Assembly (NCBI GenBank): GCA_038870635.1
Contig: JAVZJR010000008.1
Location: forward strand, 1 to 12,190
Source: Candidatus Bilamarchaeaceae archaeon
Lineage (GTDB): Archaea > Micrarchaeota > Micrarchaeia > Anstonellales > Bilamarchaeaceae
DNA length: 12,190 bases
Direction: 5' to 3'
Shown here: piece by piece, positions 7,635 through 12,190 of the stretch
Layout of the letters: each line of letters begins with the position of its first letter
Position numbering within the stretch: the first letter of the stretch is position 1
Program-made: the position numbers and the translations under genes
The notes under the pieces: model-generated
Seen by the model: only the letters and a program-made list of their open reading frames with translations
What the model was told of the DNA's origin: nothing
The model's database searches: none

Positions 7635-9308
7635 TCATTCACCCACATTATTACTAAAATATTTTTTTATTACCTCAGAACTCAATCCTTTTTCTCTAGC
7701 CATAATTGACTTTGCATGCGATAGCGCTTCTGCTTTTGAAATTTGCTTACGTTCATAACGTTTATAGTAATCAGGATCTTTAGAATGTAAATAGAATAGA
7801 AGAGTGCCTTCATCAATTGCCTCTATTTCACCAATAATATCATCTATTTTTTCTTCTTCTAAATCTTTGCTTGTTTTCTCTCCTTCGGGTTTTTTGAATA
7901 TTTCTCTTCCTCCTCTTCGTATAAGTGTTTCTATCTCTTTTTTGATTATATCTTCTAAAGCTGCAAATTCCTTATCATAATTATCTATCTCTTTTTTACG
8001 TTCATTTATTTTCTTTATTAAAGCGATTTCCTCTTTTCTAACATTTTTCTCGATATTTGAAAGCTCAGCTAGATGTTTTTTCTTTAGATATTCGCAATAT
8101 TTAGTCATAACTGCTGGAGTGTGCTCTAGTATAGACGTAAGATTAAAAACAAATGAATCGTAAGCATCTTTTTTCTCTTTATCATTTAATTCTTCAGTCA
8201 GTGCTTTTTCGAATTTTGCTTTTAATGGTATTATCTGATTTTTATAATTTGCCATGATACTATCTTTAGTTTGAGAGAGTTCTACACGTTGCGTTGAAGA
8301 TATAGTTTCTAAAAGAGAATCATGAGCAACCTCCTCACTCTTTTCAACTTTTCCTTTCTTTCCTTTGGTCGGTGCGATAGCTTTTCTCTGTGCTAAAAGA
8401 TTCTTTAAAACAGTAATTTCCAATTTAAGATGCTCCCTTCTCGTAGTGCTTTTTTCCTTAAAAAGTTCTTTAGTAAGTTCTAACATCTTTTTCTTTATCG
8501 CAACATCATCCGCACCCTCACCTATCGCTGCTAAAACCTCTTTTTCTATATCTTTGTATTTCTGTTCTGCTGCTTTATCCGGACTTTCAAGTACAGGAGG
8601 AAAAACAATCTTTACCTCTTTGCCAACTATTGGACACTTTTCTTCTTCTTTTTTCTCAACTAATGTTTCCTCTGGCACTTCCTTTTCTAGTGCCACCTCA
8701 GATTTAATCTTTTTCTCCTCCATTTCCTTTCTTTCTGCAAGTTCTTCTTTTCCAATACTCGATAAATCGATTTCGTGAGATATCTCTATTTCTCGAACTT
8801 CTAGCGGTGGTCTTGTCGACAACTTTGGTTTTGTCTCTTCTTTTTCTAATTCAATCTTTTCTGTAGGTTGCGTGGATTTCTCGAATTCGATTTCACCGCC
8901 ATACGGTAGTGTGGTTGATGGTGCTTTCTCTGGTGGCAAAGAAGCAGATTTTATTTTTTCTGCTGCCTCCATACTTTCCTGCGAGATTTTTTTTATCGTT
9001 TCTTCTACTGCCTTGGCTTCCTCTTCCTTCTTCTTTGAGAGAGCTGTTGGTTTTTTCTCTTCGGCTATTACGGTACCAACTTCTTCTGCAGGCAAACTGC
9101 TAACCTTGGCCAACATTGAGGAAGTCTTTGTTATTTTTTGTAATCTTTCATACATATTCAAAAGACCTTCATAAGAAAGTTCTACATATTCGTCTGGATT
9201 GAGATCAAGAAGTTGACTGACAGTAACTTTTCCGCCATAAGGAGCGTACTCAACTTTCTTTTTTTCTATTTTTTTTATTTCATCAACATAATCTTCAAAA
9301 GAATCCAT
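7635..9308 (-). CDS. Hypothetical E/K-rich soluble protein (~557 aa): low-complexity N-terminal half, predicted helical/coiled-coil C-terminal half
   Basis: Long ORF filling the gap between the ATPase and platform genes. AGGTG SD at 9314-9318, with spacing favouring ATG 9308 over 9311. No TM segment or recognisable catalytic motif. Confidence 0.85.
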   Translation of the reverse strand: MDSFEDYVDEIKKIEKKKVEYAPYGGKVTVSQLLDLNPDEYVELSYEGLLNMYERLQKITKTSSMLAKVSSLPAEEVGTVIAEEKKPTALSKKKEEEAKAVEETIKKISQESMEAAEKIKSASLPPEKAPSTTLPYGGEIEFEKSTQPTEKIELEKEETKPKLSTRPPLEVREIEISHEIDLSSIGKEELAERKEMEEKKIKSEVALEKEVPEETLVEKKEEEKCPIVGKEVKIVFPPVLESPDKAAEQKYKDIEKEVLAAIGEGADDVAIKKKMLELTKELFKEKSTTRREHLKLEITVLKNLLAQRKAIAPTKGKKGKVEKSEEVAHDSLLETISSTQRVELSQTKDSIMANYKNQIIPLKAKFEKALTEELNDKEKKDAYDSFVFNLTSILEHTPAVMTKYCEYLKKKHLAELSNIEKNVRKEEIALIKKINERKKEIDNYDKEFAALEDIIKKEIETLIRRGGREIFKKPEGEKTSKDLEEEKIDDIIGEIEAIDEGTLLFYLHSKDPDYYKRYERKQISKAEALSHAKSIMAREKGLSSEVIKKYFSNNVGE

Positions 9309-9336
9309 CATCGCACCTTTTAGGATAAAACGAATA

Positions 9337-10956
9337 TTATCTCTTAATCATTGTAAAATTCCAATCTTCCTTTTTCTTAACTTTATCTAAGACTGCCTCT
9401 GGGTCAAGGTAATAGTTGGAAACAATCTCGCCAACCTGATCAACGTCATAATATTCTTTCTTTACCATCCAATCAAGAATGTTAACTTTTTCATCAATAT
9501 CTTCCTCTATCTCTCGTTCATCCATACCGGCGTATAGAGAAAGCAATTCAGCGAGACGCTCCATTTTTGCAAGCGCTTTTATCTTATCTGCCTTTACATC
9601 CCAACGATAGAGGATGGATGCATTATTTTTGTTCATTTCAGAGAATTCCAAAACACGTCTTATGTTAAACCTCCTGTGTCTAAAAGTAACTACAATACCT
9701 GCTAAGGCATCAAGCATTTGAGGCGGCACATTTATAGGTGGATTAGTCAAACGTGAAATTGTTTGCTCTGTATTATCAGCATGTAAGGTTGCATAAACAG
9801 AATGACCAGTATGCATAGCTTCAAACATTACTTCGGCTTCGGCTTGCCTTCTTATTTCACCAACTATTATCCTATCCGGTCTTTGCCTCAAAGCATTCAC
9901 CATCAAATCAAGCATGGTCACTTCTCCTTTTCCCTCTGGGTTAGCTTCTCTTACGACCATTGGAACCCAGTGAAGGAAGTTAGGCAGTGTAAGTTCTCTT
10001 GTGTCTTCTATGCTTATTATTCTTTGATTGGCTGGTATAAGACCTGCTAAGGCGTTAAGAAAAGATGTCTTACCGCTTCCAGTGCCACCAGCAACAAGAA
10101 GGGATAACTCATTCTGCACACATAACCAAATTAAAGCTGCGACTTCAGTAGATATTGTTTTTGTTTTAATGAAATTGGTTATTGTCCATGGGTTTTTAGA
10201 AAATTTCCTTATTGTGAGCGTATTACCAAAACTAGAAATCGGGAAAAGTGTGGCGTTAACACGATCGCCTGTTGGGAGATGAGCGTCAAGCATGGGATTG
10301 AGAACATTTATTTGTCTTCCTATTTTTCTTGCTATCGTTGAAGCATACTCATAGGTTATCTCTTCATCTTTTACTCTTATATTTGTTTTACACCACCCAA
10401 ACTTTTTATGATAAACCCAAACTGGCTCGCGCGAGTTATTTATAACTATTTCTTCAAGTTGATCATCTGAAAGGAGACATTCTATTTCGCCAAGCCCAAT
10501 TGTATTCTGCAGGAGATAAACGGCAAGTACTTCTAATTTATCACGTGGTAATGATGGAAAACTACGAGAAAGTATTCTTATGGCTGCCGCGAGAAACTTT
10601 GATTTAACTTCTTCGTATTTCTTTGGGTCGAGTATTTCGCTTATATCCAACTTTACCTCTGAAATAAGTTCAGCACGAAGTTTGGTTTCCAATATCAACT
10701 TCGTTCCTCCTGCGACGCCAGGTATAGAAATAGTATAAAAAGGAACAAAATCCTCTTTCCTTATTATTTTTACGTCAACTGGCAGGCCTTCGCTACTAAA
10801 TGAATAAGATGCAAGCAATGTTAATTGGGAGCGCGAAATAGATTCTTCACTTTCTGAAGAAGGCGGTGAAGAAGATGTTTCTTCAAAAGCTTTTCTTTCC
10901 ATCATCTTTTTTGCTATTTTTTCCTTAATCCTTTCGGTTATACTCTCATCCGCCAT
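9337..10956 (-). CDS. Type II/IV secretion ATPase (TadA/CpaF/VirB11/FlaI-like pilus assembly ATPase)
   Basis: Walker A GGTGSGKT, Asp box SIEDTREL, Walker B LRQRPDRIIVGEIR, His box HTGHSVYATLHA, and LTIRKF. Start is probably ATG 10956, after a GGTGG SD; 10977 is the alternative. Confidence 0.94.
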   Translation of the reverse strand: MADESITERIKEKIAKKMMERKAFEETSSSPPSSESEESISRSQLTLLASYSFSSEGLPVDVKIIRKEDFVPFYTISIPGVAGGTKLILETKLRAELISEVKLDISEILDPKKYEEVKSKFLAAAIRILSRSFPSLPRDKLEVLAVYLLQNTIGLGEIECLLSDDQLEEIVINNSREPVWVYHKKFGWCKTNIRVKDEEITYEYASTIARKIGRQINVLNPMLDAHLPTGDRVNATLFPISSFGNTLTIRKFSKNPWTITNFIKTKTISTEVAALIWLCVQNELSLLVAGGTGSGKTSFLNALAGLIPANQRIISIEDTRELTLPNFLHWVPMVVREANPEGKGEVTMLDLMVNALRQRPDRIIVGEIRRQAEAEVMFEAMHTGHSVYATLHADNTEQTISRLTNPPINVPPQMLDALAGIVVTFRHRRFNIRRVLEFSEMNKNNASILYRWDVKADKIKALAKMERLAELLSLYAGMDEREIEEDIDEKVNILDWMVKKEYYDVDQVGEIVSNYYLDPEAVLDKVKKKEDWNFTMIKR

Positions 10957-10990
10957 TATACCACCATACCCGTTCATAAATCGATAGTGA

Positions 10991-11030
10991 AGTTTTTAAA
11001 CCTTCTTCGGTAGGTTTTTAGTTATAAAAA
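10991..11030. promoter_or_regulatory. Putative back-to-back archaeal BRE/TATA promoters for the pilus operon (-) and rtcA (+)
   Basis: Minus strand GAAGAAGG-TTTAAAAA (box at 11000-10993). Plus strand GTAGG-TTTTTAGT (box at 11015-11022), about 30 nt before the rtcA ATG. Confidence 0.55.
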
Positions 11031-11044
11031 AGTAGGGCGTATGT

Positions 11045-12013
11045 ATGATAACAATAGATGGCTCTGAAGGTGAAGGTGGTGGACAGATAATAAGAACAGC
11101 ACTTTCATTGGCTGTGATAACAAAAAAACCATTTATAATAGAAAATATTAGAGCAAAAAGACCAAATCCAGGTTTACAACCACAGCACCTTGCAGCAGTA
11201 AAGGCAGTAAGAAGTATTTGCAGGGGAAAAATAGATGGAGCAGAATTAAAAAGTACTAAGTTTTATTTTCAACCATCGGAAATAATTGGAGGTCGGTATA
11301 CATTTGATATTGGAACGGCCGGGTCCGTTGTCCTTGTCGCCCAAACAGTAATACCTATTTTATTATTTGCCAAAAAACCAAGTGTAGTAAAAATAATAGG
11401 TGGAACGCACGTAATGAAATCCCCAAGTTTTGACTATTTTGAAAAAGTTTTTTTACCAGCAATAAATATGATGGGCGCTAACGTAAAAGCAAAAATGTAT
11501 AAAGCTGGTTTTTATCCAGCAGGAGGAGGAGAAATAGAAATAGAGGTTATACCTTCAAATTTAGAAGGAAAAACAAAATGGAATGGCGACAAAAAAATAA
11601 GAGCAATTATCACTATTGGAAAACTTGATGACGGCATAGCGATAAGAGAAAAAAAAATTTTTGTGCAGAATGGAATAGAAGAAATTTATATAAGACGACA
11701 TGAAACAGTTTCGCCAGGCAATGCGGTTATTGTATGGAGAGATTTTTGTGGTGCGTATGTTCTTGGTGAAAAGGGAAAACGCGCAGAAATGGTCGCACAA
11801 GAAGCTGTTGATAGCCTAAAAAAAGAAAATGGAGAAGTAGATCATTATCTTGCAGACCAGTTGTTGCTGTATGGAATGCTAGCAAGTGGAAAAACAACTT
11901 ATATAACTTCAGCAATAACCGAACACCTCAAAACAAACGCTACTATAGCAAAAACCTTTATCGAAAGAGATATAAAAATAAGAGAAGAAACAAAAAAAAT
12001 AGAGATAGAATAA
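11045..12013 (+). CDS. rtcA: RNA 3'-terminal phosphate cyclase
   Basis: IDGSEGEGGGQIIRTALSL, IRAKRPNPGLQPQHL, GTAGS, GGTHV, GFYPAGGGE, VDHYLADQLL, and the adenylated His motif TEHLKTN. Confidence 0.96.
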   Translation: MITIDGSEGEGGGQIIRTALSLAVITKKPFIIENIRAKRPNPGLQPQHLAAVKAVRSICRGKIDGAELKSTKFYFQPSEIIGGRYTFDIGTAGSVVLVAQTVIPILLFAKKPSVVKIIGGTHVMKSPSFDYFEKVFLPAINMMGANVKAKMYKAGFYPAGGGEIEIEVIPSNLEGKTKWNGDKKIRAIITIGKLDDGIAIREKKIFVQNGIEEIYIRRHETVSPGNAVIVWRDFCGAYVLGEKGKRAEMVAQEAVDSLKKENGEVDHYLADQLLLYGMLASGKTTYITSAITEHLKTNATIAKTFIERDIKIREETKKIEIE

Positions 12014-12186
12014 AAAATACTTACTTAAAAACTCTCTTGTTTGTTTTTATACCACTTTCAAGCATGTTTAGAATAAGTTTTACCTCTCTTCTCCTTTTCT
12101 TTATTAGTCTATACTTTTCTTTTTCATTCATTTGTGTTTTTTGTATTTTCTTAACAGCTGCTGCATAATGTTTTTTTATGTTATTT
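12014..12186 (-). repeat. Right copy of the >=173-bp inverted repeat (partner at 1-173); likely continues off the window edge
   Basis: Reverse complement of 1-173 with one mismatch. Begins directly after the rtcA TAA (12011-12013). Confidence 0.97.
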
Positions 12187-12188
12187 AT
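12021..12188 (-). CDS. 3' end of an unidentified gene (5'-truncated by the window), copy 2, convergent with rtcA
   Basis: Open from the window edge to TAA at 12023-12021: INNIKKHYAAAVKK...LILNMLESGIKTNKRVFK*. Differs from copy 1 only by Ile>Met. Confidence 0.6.
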   Translation of the reverse strand: MNNIKKHYAAAVKKIQKTQMNEKEKYRLIKKRRREVKLILNMLESGIKTNKRVFK

Positions 12189-12190
12189 AT

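Noticed and set aside
8365..11915. Short ORFs at 8365, 8872, 8909, 9802, 10028 (+) and 11561, 11727 (-)
   Set aside because: S/F-rich or featureless antisense shadows of the E/K-rich protein, the ATPase and rtcA.
1..12190. Linear virus or plasmid with terminal inverted repeats
   Set aside because: The content is chromosomal housekeeping genes, with no polymerase, capsid or terminal protein. The repeats are open reading frames cut at the edges.

Overview
AT-rich archaeal chromosomal segment. A DPANN/Micrarchaeota-like origin is my inference from the pilin style and gene content. Plus strand, left: pyrB, pyrI and a PPC/DUF296 gene. Minus strand: a tightly packed run of 8 genes, made up of a type IV pilus module (secretion ATPase, a large uncharacterised charged/coiled-coil protein, two TadB/TadC-like platform proteins, one class III signal-peptide pilin) followed by three ribosome-related genes (ABCE1/RLI, SBDS, fibrillarin). 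Plus strand, right: rtcA, divergent from the ATPase. The most striking feature, absent from the ORF track, is that both window ends are the same sequence in inverted orientation: 1-173 is the reverse complement of 12014-12186 at 172/173 identity. Each copy encodes the same basic 54-aa protein C-terminus and points inward, bracketing an 11,840-bp block. No tRNA, rRNA, CRISPR array or recognisable transposase/recombinase was seen.
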